Positions 6,601-14,100 of a stretch of DNA of 14,100 bases are shown piece after piece. The position numbers and the translations under genes are program-made. Each line of letters begins with the position of its first letter. Within the stretch, counting starts at the first letter, position 1. The notes beneath the pieces were generated by a model. It worked only from the letters and a program-made list of their open reading frames with translations, searched no databases and had not been told where the DNA came from. The stretch is from contig JBDREN010000094.1 in assembly GCA_043819795.1 (NCBI GenBank), positions 1 through 14,100 on the forward strand, read 5' to 3'. The stretch is from Elusimicrobiota bacterium. GTDB lineage: Bacteria > Elusimicrobiota > Elusimicrobia > UBA1565.

Positions 6601-9600
6601 GGGCCGCCAGGGCCGCCTTTTTCAGTTTTTCCGCCGCTTCCCTTGCCGCCCTCGCCTTTTCCTCTGCTTTCGCTGTCGCCCGTCTCCAACTCGGCTCCAA
6701 GCCACGCGCCCAAGCCTCCGCCTCCGTGGCCGCGCGCAACTCCTCGTATGCCTTACCCTTTTCCTTTCTCGACCCCCCCTTCTCCGCCTTTGCTGACGCC
6801 TCGCGCGCCCGCGCTAGTCTCTCCTTTGCTTTTTCCCACGACTTCTTCTTTTCGACCAACCCCGCTTGAACTCTTACCGATTCCGCCTCCCCTTCCGCTT
6901 TCACCGCTGCCGCTTCCGCCTCCGCCAGGGCCGCTTTCGCGGCCTCTGGCGCGACTTCCGCCGGGGCTGGCGCTGGGAGAGGGGGGGCCGGTTTCGGGGC
7001 CTCTGGCGGGGCTTCTACGGCCTCTGGCGCACGTGCTGGCGGGACTGGGGCGGCCGGGGCAGGGATCGCCGGGGCGGCCGGGCGCTCGGGGAGGAAGGCT
7101 TCCTTCCCGATGCGCTCCGTGATGTCCGCCGCCAACGTCCTCACCCTCTCGCTCTCGCTGAACAGCAAGGGCGTCACCTTCCCCAAGAGCGCCCTGTCTG
7201 TAAGCTTCCGCGCCGCAAGCTCTTCCAGCACGGGTAGCTCCATGCCGGGTTCCGAGAGAGCGTCCGCGAGCGCTGTATCCGGCAGGCCCTTCGCCGCCGC
7301 GCGCTGCTCCTCGCCCTTCGCCCTGGAGGCCCGTATGCGTTTCAGAAGAGCCATCTTGTTCATCCCGCCGGTCTTTATATCGTATTCTTCCGCTATCTCC
7401 CGGAGTTCGCCGAAGGACAGCGTCTCCAAGTCCTCGCCCTCGCCCGGTTTCTCGGGCGCAGCCTCCGCCGCTGGGCCGATTCGGCCAAGCGCCCGGGCGG
7501 CGTCCTCGCGCACGTTCCAATCCGCGTCGCGGAGCGCCTCGGCGAGCGCGGGGACCGTCGCCTTCGCCGCCGGGCCGATCAGGCCGAGCGCCCAGGCGGC
7601 GCCCCGGCGCACCCTCGCATCCTCATCGCCGAGCGCCTCGGCGAGCGCGGGGACCGCCACCTTCGCCGCTGGGCCAATCGAGCCGAGCGCCCGGGGGGCG
7701 TCCTCGCGCACGTCCGCATCCTCGTCGCGGAGCGCCTGGCCCCAATCCTCCGGCGTCCCGCTGAGCAGTGCCCTTTTCCACGCTTCGTTCGCCGCTAGGC
7801 CCGCGTCCTCGCCCTCGACCGGTTTCTCGGGCGCAGCCTCCGCCGCCGGCCCCGGGGGCGGGGCCTTCGACACAGGGGCCGAAACTGGCGCGAGGGGCGG
7901 GGGTTTCTCCACTGCCGGGGCCTCTGGCGACACCGGTGTCCCGGGGGACACCACCGGCGCTTGCCTCTCTGGCCCGACGAGCGCCCTTGCGACCATCTCC
8001 GCCTGGCCGGTCGGGAGTTCGGCGCGGGCTTTGGCAGCGATCTCCCGCACCGCTGGGCTGGGATGGTGGAGCGCTTCGGAAACCGCCGCCAGCGGTTCCT
8101 CCGCGAATTCCGGCATTTCAAGAGCCCGCCCGACGGCCTCCGCAAACAGCCTCCGGTTCGCTTCCTGCGTCACGTCGAATCCGAGGGCGCGCCGCGCGGC
8201 GAGCCGGCTCAACTGCCCCTTGCCCCTTCTTGCGGCCTCGACGACATCGAGCGCTTGTTCCTCGTGCGTCTGCACCCACGCCGCGACCTTTTCGGGGTCC
8301 AGCAAGTCCTCCCGCGCGATTTCCGCCGGGGCGGCCTTCGGCCGCTCCATCGGCCAAAGCCTCCGCCCTTCCACCTGCACGTAGCCCCCTTCAGGCGTGC
8401 GGACCGGGACCGCTCCGGGGGTCCAACCGGGCGCCCGAATCCCCGCAGCCGCGAGGAGCCGCCCGGTCTTTGTCTTGCCTTCCTCCTCCCACTGAACCAT
8501 CTGCCCGATGCGTAGATGCCGAACGTTCGAGGGCACGCCTTCCGCCGGGGCCGCCTCGGCCTCGACGGGAGGCAGGCGGCCTCCCTCTTCGGCTAGGATC
8601 GCCTCTGCGGGGGGCACCTTTGCTTCAAGAAGGTCCGACAAGGCTTTTGCTTCCTCGGCGTCCCCATGCCTTGCTTTACTGAGAGCCGAGACGGCTCCGG
8701 GGAAGGAAAAGATGCCAACCTCTTCCATCAGACGCTCGCGGTCGGGCCACTCTGCGACGAGCCGCTCGATGATGTTTTTGTCCTTGTGGCCGGAGATGTT
8801 GAAGACCGCGCGGAGAACGTCGGCAAGCCGCTCCTCACCGATTTCCTCCAGCATTCCGTGGAACCCGAGTTTCCGCAGCGCCGTTCTCCAGGGGCCGATC
8901 TTCCCCGGGGTCTCTTTCCACGCCTTGCCGAGAACCTTCTGCAGGACCGCCCTCTCCCCGGCCCGAAAGTACGTTCCCGCCTCTTCGGTCCCGTACTCGA
9001 TCATCTCGCCTGCAAAGGCGCGGAAGAACTCCGTCGCCGCCCCGGGGCGCGTGACGACCAGCTTGCCGTCCTGCAATTCAAGGCCGGGCGTCGTTCGCTC
9101 GGCGAACTCCGCTCCCACGCGGGGCGCGCCTACGGTCGCCGCGCGCGCGCCGGCAACGGTAGTCTCCGCAAGGGTGGCGGCCCCGAGGCGCCCGAGCCGA
9201 CTGCCTGCGACACTCTTTCCGAGAAGCTTTGTAGCGCCCTCGCGCACACCTTTGCGCACGCCCGCCGCCAGACCGCCAGTCGCCCATATCTCCGCCGCGA
9301 AGGGGACGAGACTTACAACTCCCCCGACGATGCGGGCAGCCATCGTGGTTTTGATTTCCCCCGCTCGCGCCTTGTCCTCCGCCCAATCCCGGACGAACGC
9401 GGCGGCGGCCACGGCCCGATACATGGGCACACTCCCGGGGTCCTGGCTTGCCTTCTCCAGCGTCGTCATGGCATACGTGAGCTTGTCCTTCGTGCCGAAA
9501 TTTTTTTCCATAGCCAAAATCGTTCCGAGAAAGGGAATGTCCTCTCCCCACTCTCGCGCGGCGAGCGACCCCAACACGCCCTTTGTCGGCGTGATGTCCG

Positions 9601-10111
9601 TCCAGGTTTTCTCCGGGTTGCTTTTCAAGTATCTATACAACCGGCCGTCATGTGTGCGCTTGTAGACGTATTCTCCGCTTTTGCTGTCCATCTGCTGGCC
9701 CGGTTCGAGGTACAACCATGGCGACTGCCTCTGACGGGCGGCTTCCTCTGCGGCTCGGGACCGCGCATCGCCACGGACTCGCACAAGCTCCCTTCGCAAC
9801 GACTCTCCGAGGCTTCCATGAAACGGAAGATTGAAACTGTAGCGCATCCCGGAGGGCCGTTCGTATTTCTCCGCGAGGCGATAGAGCGCGTTCCATTCGG
9901 CGTCACTGAAACTGGTGTCGTGCAAAACCGGACGCCCGCGCTCGATGTCCACTACCACGTCATTGAAAATCGGGCGCATGCGCTCCCGCACGTCCTCCGG
10001 TTTTTCTTCCCACGACGACGGCTCGAAATTCTCAAGTTCTTGCAGGGCCGAGAGGGGAGCTTCCGGTGCCTCGTTCAAAAGCTCGCCCAGCGCCGTCAGC
10101 GTTTCCGGCAT
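3695..10111 (-). CDS. Giant phage virion/ejection protein (large polyvalent-protein-like), 2138 aa, with internal HEAT repeats and a Rho-N/HeH-like motif
   Basis: 6.4-kb ORF. ATG 10111 overlaps the upstream stop (TGATG) with SD GGAGG. Last and largest gene of the virion cluster. Helical Ala/Gly-rich N-terminal part, Pro/Ala linkers, HEAT repeats, coiled coil, and C-terminal hydrophobic segments (nt 4289-4333 and 4418-4474). ORF is near certain; function is inferred from synteny and composition. Confidence 0.7.
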   Translation of the reverse strand: MPETLTALGELLNEAPEAPLSALQELENFEPSSWEEKPEDVRERMRPIFNDVVVDIERGRPVLHDTSFSDAEWNALYRLAEKYERPSGMRYSFNLPFHGSLGESLRRELVRVRGDARSRAAEEAARQRQSPWLYLEPGQQMDSKSGEYVYKRTHDGRLYRYLKSNPEKTWTDITPTKGVLGSLAAREWGEDIPFLGTILAMEKNFGTKDKLTYAMTTLEKASQDPGSVPMYRAVAAAAFVRDWAEDKARAGEIKTTMAARIVGGVVSLVPFAAEIWATGGLAAGVRKGVREGATKLLGKSVAGSRLGRLGAATLAETTVAGARAATVGAPRVGAEFAERTTPGLELQDGKLVVTRPGAATEFFRAFAGEMIEYGTEEAGTYFRAGERAVLQKVLGKAWKETPGKIGPWRTALRKLGFHGMLEEIGEERLADVLRAVFNISGHKDKNIIERLVAEWPDRERLMEEVGIFSFPGAVSALSKARHGDAEEAKALSDLLEAKVPPAEAILAEEGGRLPPVEAEAAPAEGVPSNVRHLRIGQMVQWEEEGKTKTGRLLAAAGIRAPGWTPGAVPVRTPEGGYVQVEGRRLWPMERPKAAPAEIAREDLLDPEKVAAWVQTHEEQALDVVEAARRGKGQLSRLAARRALGFDVTQEANRRLFAEAVGRALEMPEFAEEPLAAVSEALHHPSPAVREIAAKARAELPTGQAEMVARALVGPERQAPVVSPGTPVSPEAPAVEKPPPLAPVSAPVSKAPPPGPAAEAAPEKPVEGEDAGLAANEAWKRALLSGTPEDWGQALRDEDADVREDAPRALGSIGPAAKVAVPALAEALGDEDARVRRGAAWALGLIGPAAKATVPALAEALRDADWNVREDAARALGRIGPAAEAAPEKPGEGEDLETLSFGELREIAEEYDIKTGGMNKMALLKRIRASRAKGEEQRAAAKGLPDTALADALSEPGMELPVLEELAARKLTDRALLGKVTPLLFSESERVRTLAADITERIGKEAFLPERPAAPAIPAPAAPVPPARAPEAVEAPPEAPKPAPPLPAPAPAEVAPEAAKAALAEAEAAAVKAEGEAESVRVQAGLVEKKKSWEKAKERLARAREASAKAEKGGSRKEKGKAYEELRAATEAEAWARGLEPSWRRATAKAEEKARAAREAAEKLKKAALAAPVVPAAPAPPAPALPTKPMTRGAATAVAAPDLPAEGVPAAYAVVELEDIIVEEREGAEFGAPEAYIAEDIVPGKPTEGMVEKALRELREDLGGTTMFAGLRPRVLKNATIVGAHYFAKGLRTLAAWTAKMVETFGNNVRDYLPHIWRRVSFPAVVEKAAAEVAKNAPARYAKEPGLVDEAKAQNFVARLLLSDQFNHLTAVSRLAPEGSATYRTLSEAPRLAERVQARFLQDAKEFLVQAEKDAGLTGKAWWKAYTKILDIALPLARSSAGMQVVPKIQMTAFQRVGYYLNWRDPSTRDELLRAGHQGIVAAGARSITPIKLFPADFEAIIESMPENERKFADAIGDYLSDGPIAHAYQATWLEDQGVKVPLRKHHWPRHRKRGEGKAEQFTFNQFVAQRGERHLEDAGRLQEREPSNDPFIIGDAVEEFMRHVHEVSAYAAFAVPIKKARTLLNDPTFRNSVTHGYKYGPDILRTLADGLRQYEQPTTRSLTGLERALHKFSRNANVALLVGKARVLLFQLLSLVPAAAEINLRHISRAMFGKKAQAREEMHRYSPILHARAQGSTHRIVTPFLTDKTVAEFAGQSGGWFTRAQNAGMKPIHVLDQWTIDRLWRAAKLEQAERGLTGEALMEATALRAEELVELTQSSYSPQSLNAIQRAGRHNPLIRVAFAIFSGQVSKYHNMVVRGLFEYGHSARTLEDKKKLTARVLYPTVVNALGVWLISYGVRAGFKGLHSLLYGGGDDDEKDKSIVEDAVYDIILSIFGNVLVLRDITYAAAQYYRRPYFDPQTNVLSSATLSTITGAVDAVRAGVQAGTGEEYERGSHAGEKKWKVGIWRALDRLASGASVFGGVPYQGAKQLARPLIPPSALSEKALRSRLMALVSPRPERRKGGGGVEPETEENYEKRVSEWEKAQARAGELLADQSEETLRAWLREESPKRAIRLDGAAFRERMQRLNKHLATRKGE
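7430..7846. repeat. 42-bp direct repeats (7430-7471 and 7805-7846, one mismatch) enclosing about three 99-bp HEAT (PBS-lyase-like) repeat units
   Basis: gtcctcgccctcg(c/a)ccggtttctcgggcgcagcctccgccgc occurs twice, 375 bp apart. GAGCGCCT recurs at 7532, 7631 and 7730. Protein unit LxDxDxxVRxxAxxALGxIGPAAKxxVPALAEA (33 aa). Confidence 0.9.
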
Positions 10112-11763
10112 CACTGGCCTCCTGCAAGTGCAAGAGCCTTCCGAAACGAGTCCCGAATCGTACCAAACTCGCCGTCAATCGCTCGGAGCGCGGCGATGAT
10201 TTCCCGCCGTTCCTCCCCCGTGGCATGAGGAAGGAGACCTTCCAGTCGCGCCCTCTCCGCCTTCAGCACAGGCACACGCTCGTTCGCCTTCCGGGCGTCG
10301 TCTTGAAACTCCGGGGGGAAGTCGCTAACGTCTGGCGGTCGCGGGGCGGCCGGGGCCGCCGGGGCCTCGCCGGATGCCGGGGCCGGAACGCCAGCCCCGC
10401 CGGGGGTCGGGACCGCCGCCCCACCGGGGGCCGCGGCCGCTGCTCCTCGCGGCTCCGGGGCCTGCCCGGCCATGAGAGCAACGTTGTCAACCAAGTTCGC
10501 CGCTGCGGCGGCAGCCATCTCCGGCGAGGAGTATATTGGGTTTCCCTTGTAGTCCGTCAGCTTCATATTCATAAGGTTTAGTGCAAGCGCAAGAATCCGG
10601 TCTGCGCGGTCCCGCGTCATTTGTTCATTGCGGTACTCGATGTCCATCTGCCGCCGACGATTTCCAAGTTCCTTCCCCTCCGCTTGAAGGGGGGCCAAGA
10701 TAGCCCGCCTGTCGTTCTCGATGTCCGCAAGGTTGTTGGCGTGTGTCTGTCTCTCCTCCGTCAAAGCCGTCTGCTGCTGCGCCACGGCGAGGTTTCCGCT
10801 ACGGATTTTCTCCATCTCCCTGTTGGTACGCTCGATCTCATTCTGCTTGCGCTCATCCATAACGGCATTCTCGGCGCTTGTCTTCTCGTCCAAGGCGCGT
10901 TTCGCCTCGTCCAACTCCGCCTTGCGTTTGGCTTCCTCCGTCTCGCGCTGCTCCGTCCGCTTCTTTCGCGCCGCCTCTTCCCGTGCCTCCTCCGCCTTGA
11001 ACTTCTCCGCTTCGTACTTCTGCTCCGCCTCCTTCTGCCCGGCTTCGATCTCAGTCCTGTTGAAAATGGGCTTTGGCAGCGGGGCGCCGTTCTCGTCTAT
11101 CCCGAAGACGTTGCCCTGGTCGTCCGTATAGGTCTTCTGCGCGAAAAGCTCCTCTGGCGTCGGCTCGCGCTTCCCCTGCGCCGTCTCCATGATGCCTTCC
11201 TCTTGCCCGTCCAGAACGGCAATCATCTGGCGGCCCCACTCCGGGCGGTATTGTCCACTGTACACCCTGGTGGCGATGCTCCGGCGGGCGAAGTTGATTT
11301 GACCGAGGGCGCGCTGAGTGTCCGGGGAGAGCCGAATCGGGGCAGGCATCGGCGTGGGAAATTGAAGCTGGCTCGCCGCCATCTTGGCATCTTCTGCCGC
11401 CATGCGCGCCTGAAGGGCAGCAAGCTCGTTCTGCGTACTCTGCGCTTCCTCAGGCTCTCCCTTTGCTTGTCGCCGCGCCAATTCTTCCATCAACCCCTGC
11501 TCGACGACCGCCTCGCGCTCCCACGCGATGGCTTCGTCCTGCGCGGCCTGCGCGATGCCCATCCGGTCGAAGCTGGTGATTCCCCCAGGCGTCCGAGGGA
11601 CGACCCCGAGGCTCGATGTCGTCCGCCCCATCGTCATCCCGGAGCCGGACGCCTCCGGCGGCTCGCCCCCCCCTCCACCGCCGCGCGGCGCGTTCGCCAA
11701 CCCCGCGAGAAGCGCGAGTTGCAGCAAGGCGCTCGGGTCACCGTATCGGACTTCTATCGGCAT
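10111..11763 (-). CDS. Putative ejection/internal virion protein with long coiled coil, 550 aa
   Basis: SD AGGAGG overlapping the upstream TAG. E/K/R/A/Q-rich central coiled coil and Pro/Ala linker. Lies between a small Gly/Gln-rich gene and the giant gene, as in podovirus ejection clusters. Confidence 0.6.
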   Translation of the reverse strand: MPIEVRYGDPSALLQLALLAGLANAPRGGGGGGEPPEASGSGMTMGRTTSSLGVVPRTPGGITSFDRMGIAQAAQDEAIAWEREAVVEQGLMEELARRQAKGEPEEAQSTQNELAALQARMAAEDAKMAASQLQFPTPMPAPIRLSPDTQRALGQINFARRSIATRVYSGQYRPEWGRQMIAVLDGQEEGIMETAQGKREPTPEELFAQKTYTDDQGNVFGIDENGAPLPKPIFNRTEIEAGQKEAEQKYEAEKFKAEEAREEAARKKRTEQRETEEAKRKAELDEAKRALDEKTSAENAVMDERKQNEIERTNREMEKIRSGNLAVAQQQTALTEERQTHANNLADIENDRRAILAPLQAEGKELGNRRRQMDIEYRNEQMTRDRADRILALALNLMNMKLTDYKGNPIYSSPEMAAAAAANLVDNVALMAGQAPEPRGAAAAAPGGAAVPTPGGAGVPAPASGEAPAAPAAPRPPDVSDFPPEFQDDARKANERVPVLKAERARLEGLLPHATGEERREIIAALRAIDGEFGTIRDSFRKALALAGGQ

Positions 11764-11772
11764 GATATCCTC

Positions 11773-12525
11773 CTACTTTTTTGCCGCCGCCGCCTTCGCC
11801 GCCGTCTCCGCCGCCGTCTCCGCCGCCGCCTCGGCAAGCTGCTTTTCCGTCAGGATCGCGCCGTGGTGCGCGCTGAAGAGATTGATGAACGGCGATGCCA
11901 CCTTCTGCGGGGCATTGATCCCCCCGCCCCAACCCCCGCCTCCGCCCCCGCGCCCGAGCATCGTCGCCAACTGCGCCAAGAGGTTCATGTCCGGGTAGGC
12001 GTCCGTCCGCCGCTCCATGAAGCCCAGCTTTTGGCCCGTCAGGCCCGTGTCGTAGCCAATCTGCTCCCGCCGCAGCGTTTCCGCCAGCTGCGCCAGGACT
12101 CCCTCCTGTTCGCGCGCCAGCCCTTGTTTCACCGACGGCGCGATGGTCGTTCCCCGCAGACCCCGGCTCACGAGGTCTTGCATGGAATCCGACGTGCGCT
12201 CCGTGAAGCGCTGGCCGATGTTTTTCCTCTCCTGCTCGCCGAGTCCTTGCAGGTTCGCCATGACGCGCTTGTACATGTCCCCGTACTGGCCGAGGATGTC
12301 GCCGTACCGGGACTCGTTCGCCGCCCGGGCCTGCTGCCAGGCGTCCGCGAACTGCCCGAAGAGGCCGCCCATGCCACCGACCCCGCCACCGGCCCTCGCC
12401 GCCTGCTGGTTCCGCAGCGCCACCCGCGCCATGTACTGCGCGGCGAAACTGCCCTCGCCTCCGGCTCCCCCGGCGATGATGCCCGGGGTCGTCGGCCAGC
12501 GCCAGCCGCCCATCTGCATCGTCAT
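11773..12525 (-). CDS. Putative DNA-transfer/pilot (ejection) protein, 250 aa
   Basis: SD AGGAGG overlapping the upstream TAG. Gly/Ala/Gln-rich, helical and Cys-free. DLVSRGLRGT resembles the 'sRGl..S/T' motif common in small phage ejection proteins. First of three genes of increasing size. Confidence 0.55.
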   Translation of the reverse strand: MTMQMGGWRWPTTPGIIAGGAGGEGSFAAQYMARVALRNQQAARAGGGVGGMGGLFGQFADAWQQARAANESRYGDILGQYGDMYKRVMANLQGLGEQERKNIGQRFTERTSDSMQDLVSRGLRGTTIAPSVKQGLAREQEGVLAQLAETLRREQIGYDTGLTGQKLGFMERRTDAYPDMNLLAQLATMLGRGGGGGGWGGGINAPQKVASPFINLFSAHHGAILTEKQLAEAAAETAAETAAKAAAAKK

Positions 12526-12536
12526 GGTCTTTCCTC

Positions 12537-13607
12537 CTACACGCCCACCGGATTCCCCGCTATCGGAAGCGTCGCCAGCGTCGTCCAGGCCGTCAAGTCC
12601 GTTACCGCGGCCCGCTGCACCTTCGCGTCGCTCGTCACGAGGTAGACGTAGCCGTCGCGCTCCACGGCGTCGCCGACGGCGTAAACGGTGTCAATGACCC
12701 TCACCCACTCGGTAGCCTCGTCCGCGCGGTACCAGATGCCGGGATCGGTGCCCTGTTTCCCGTTCCCCAAGAGTTCCTCCCCGCTGGCCCACAGAAACCG
12801 ATCCATGAACTTCGTCGAGGGAGAGACGGGCACCCACGACAGCGCGTCTCCATTCGACGCGCTTTTCCGCAGCCCGTCCCCGCCCCAGCCGGAGGGGTCT
12901 CCGCAAGCATAGACCGTCGTTTCGGAGAGGCGCACGTCCAGTATCGTCATGCCCGGAGAGGTCCAGGAGGTCGCTTCGTCGTCGCTGTAGCGGGAGACCG
13001 CGACCGCGTTCTTCCCCACGATCCACAAGCGCCCGCTCGCCGTGACGCGGAAGACAGAAATCCCAGTCCCGAGGTTGAGCGTCAGCGCCGCCAACTCCGC
13101 GCCCGTAACTCCGCCGGTCGTGGACTTGTAGAACCTATAAACGTTCCCCCCCTCCGCCCGCACCCAGTAGAGCACGTCGCCCGTGACGAGCGAGGAGTAC
13201 ACATTGTCCGTCTCCGCGGCCCCCGCCCTTGCTCCTACCGCCGCCCCGCTATCGAATGAGCCGCACTTGTCCACGCTGTACTGCACAGGGTTGCCGTCCA
13301 GCCCCGGCAAGGCGTAGTAGGGCGAGCCTGAGATGGTCGCCTTGTGGAAGCCGAGGTCCACGATGGACGGCTGCGCGAGCTCCCCCCAAGTTCCGTCGTG
13401 GAAGACGACGAAGACGCGCCCGTCCGTCCCGACGACGAAAAGCTCCGCCTCCTTCACCTCGCCGTCCGTCCACGGCTCCCACCCCGGAGCCCATGGATCA
13501 TCGGGATAGTCGTAGGGCGGCCAGGGCCAGCCCTCGGGCCAGTCCGAGGGCTTCGTGACCGCTGCCGCCGTCACGCCGAGCGCCGAGTAGGCGAAGCCCA
13601 TCATCAT
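12537..13607 (-). CDS. Asp-box/BNR-repeat beta-propeller protein, probable tail or receptor-binding component, about 356 aa
   Basis: Repeated degenerate SxDxGxTW-like boxes: YSVDKCGSF, KSTTGGVTG, YSDDEATSW, KSASNGDALSW, YRADEATEW. Beta-rich. Three tandem ATGs; SD spacing favours 13601. Confidence 0.6.
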   Translation of the reverse strand: MMMGFAYSALGVTAAAVTKPSDWPEGWPWPPYDYPDDPWAPGWEPWTDGEVKEAELFVVGTDGRVFVVFHDGTWGELAQPSIVDLGFHKATISGSPYYALPGLDGNPVQYSVDKCGSFDSGAAVGARAGAAETDNVYSSLVTGDVLYWVRAEGGNVYRFYKSTTGGVTGAELAALTLNLGTGISVFRVTASGRLWIVGKNAVAVSRYSDDEATSWTSPGMTILDVRLSETTVYACGDPSGWGGDGLRKSASNGDALSWVPVSPSTKFMDRFLWASGEELLGNGKQGTDPGIWYRADEATEWVRVIDTVYAVGDAVERDGYVYLVTSDAKVQRAAVTDLTAWTTLATLPIAGNPVGV

Positions 13608-13617
13608 CCCTCCACGT

Positions 13618-14100
13618 TTACGTGGCGTCCACCGTCCATCCTACGACCGTAATCCTGATGAGCGTGAAGGCCCCGACTGCCGGGTTCCCCAGGTATTCTA
13701 TTACTCGGTCGGCGTCGCAGAAAACTCCGCACATTGACGACATCTGCTGATTTGCCACCGGCGTTCTTACCCCTGTCGAGACACGCTCGTTCGCGTTTCC
13801 GTTCTTTCGGAAGTAAAACTGGGCGCCGGCAGCACTGCACGTAACTTCTACGCGGAGCAAGACAAACTTGTTTGCCGCCTCCGCCGGCACAATCGCTGCC
13901 AGGCTAAGGTCGTGCCAGCCGCTGTCTATGGTCAGGTCTGCCTCCGTGAAGTCGTGCTCCGCCGGGTCCCCCCGGTCTACGCACTTCTCGGCCGGGGACA
14001 CGGCGGCAATCTGCGTATCCACGTAGTTCTTCGTCGCGCCGTCCTGGGCCAGCGCGGGGTCGGCAACGCCCGTGAGCTTCTGCGCGTTGAAGGCCACGTC
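13618..14100 (-). CDS. Tail-fibre-like protein, C-terminal part (5' end lies outside the window)
   Basis: Frame is open to the window edge. QKLTGVADPALAQDGATKNYVD (nt 14017-14082) matches the trimeric fibre/adhesin neck motif DAATKxYVD, followed by a beta-rich C-terminal domain ending IRITVVGW. Confidence 0.65.
   Translation of the reverse strand, partial: DVAFNAQKLTGVADPALAQDGATKNYVDTQIAAVSPAEKCVDRGDPAEHDFTEADLTIDSGWHDLSLAAIVPAEAANKFVLLRVEVTCSAAGAQFYFRKNGNANERVSTGVRTPVANQQMSSMCGVFCDADRVIEYLGNPAVGAFTLIRITVVGWTVDAT

Larger units (their letters stand above)
1..14100 (-). mobile_element. Bacteriophage or prophage segment (podovirus-like gene set)
   Basis: Co-oriented, tightly coupled genes: fibre, propeller and ejection-like cluster, then exonuclease-RecT-SSB. 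No host housekeeping genes. No integrase or att site in view. Confidence 0.88.

Noticed and set aside
7430..7846. Direct repeats read as an IS target-site duplication, intein or DGR template/variable repeat pair
   Set aside because: No transposase, intein motifs or reverse transcriptase in view. The repeat is too long for a target-site duplication and has only one mismatch.
11782..11830. gccgccgtctcc tandem repeat
   Set aside because: Simply encodes the AAETAAETAAKAAAA low-complexity tail of the 250-aa protein.
10621..12645. 674-aa plus-strand ORF, and other long plus-strand ORFs (8666-10228, 7110-8384, 8508-9665, 17-694)
   Set aside because: Antisense shadows of well-supported minus-strand genes in GC-rich DNA. 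Compositions are skewed to Arg/Leu or Ser/Ala, with no recognisable motifs.
1..14100. Canonical CRISPR array or cas operon to go with the Cas7-like and Cas4-like genes
   Set aside because: No repeat-spacer array and no other cas gene seen. The nuclease is adequately explained as the RecT partner. Sequence left of base 1 is unknown.

Overview
GC-rich phage/prophage segment with every credible gene on the minus strand, in two transcription units. Right part (14100->3695) is the end of a podovirus-like virion module: a truncated tail-fibre-like gene, an Asp-box/BNR beta-propeller protein, two putative ejection (DNA-transfer) proteins, and a 2138-aa giant virion protein carrying a HEAT-repeat cassette flanked by 42-bp direct repeats. 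It ends in a cUUCGg terminator. A non-coding gap (about 3245-3690) holds a 5/10-bp periodic repeat, a near-consensus sigma70 promoter and a structured leader RNA that looks like a switch. Left part (3242->44) is an early-type operon: small ORF, Cas4/RecB-like PD-(D/E)XK exonuclease, RecT, a DUF669-like SSB, then a stand-alone Cas7/Csm3-like RAMP gene. That gene is followed at once by the start of a pentamer (NN-RRC) repeat cut off by the window edge. No CRISPR array or cas operon is visible. The solo RAMP plus pentamer repeat is the best candidate for an unusual phage RNA-guided system. All calls come from reading motifs by eye; no searches were run.
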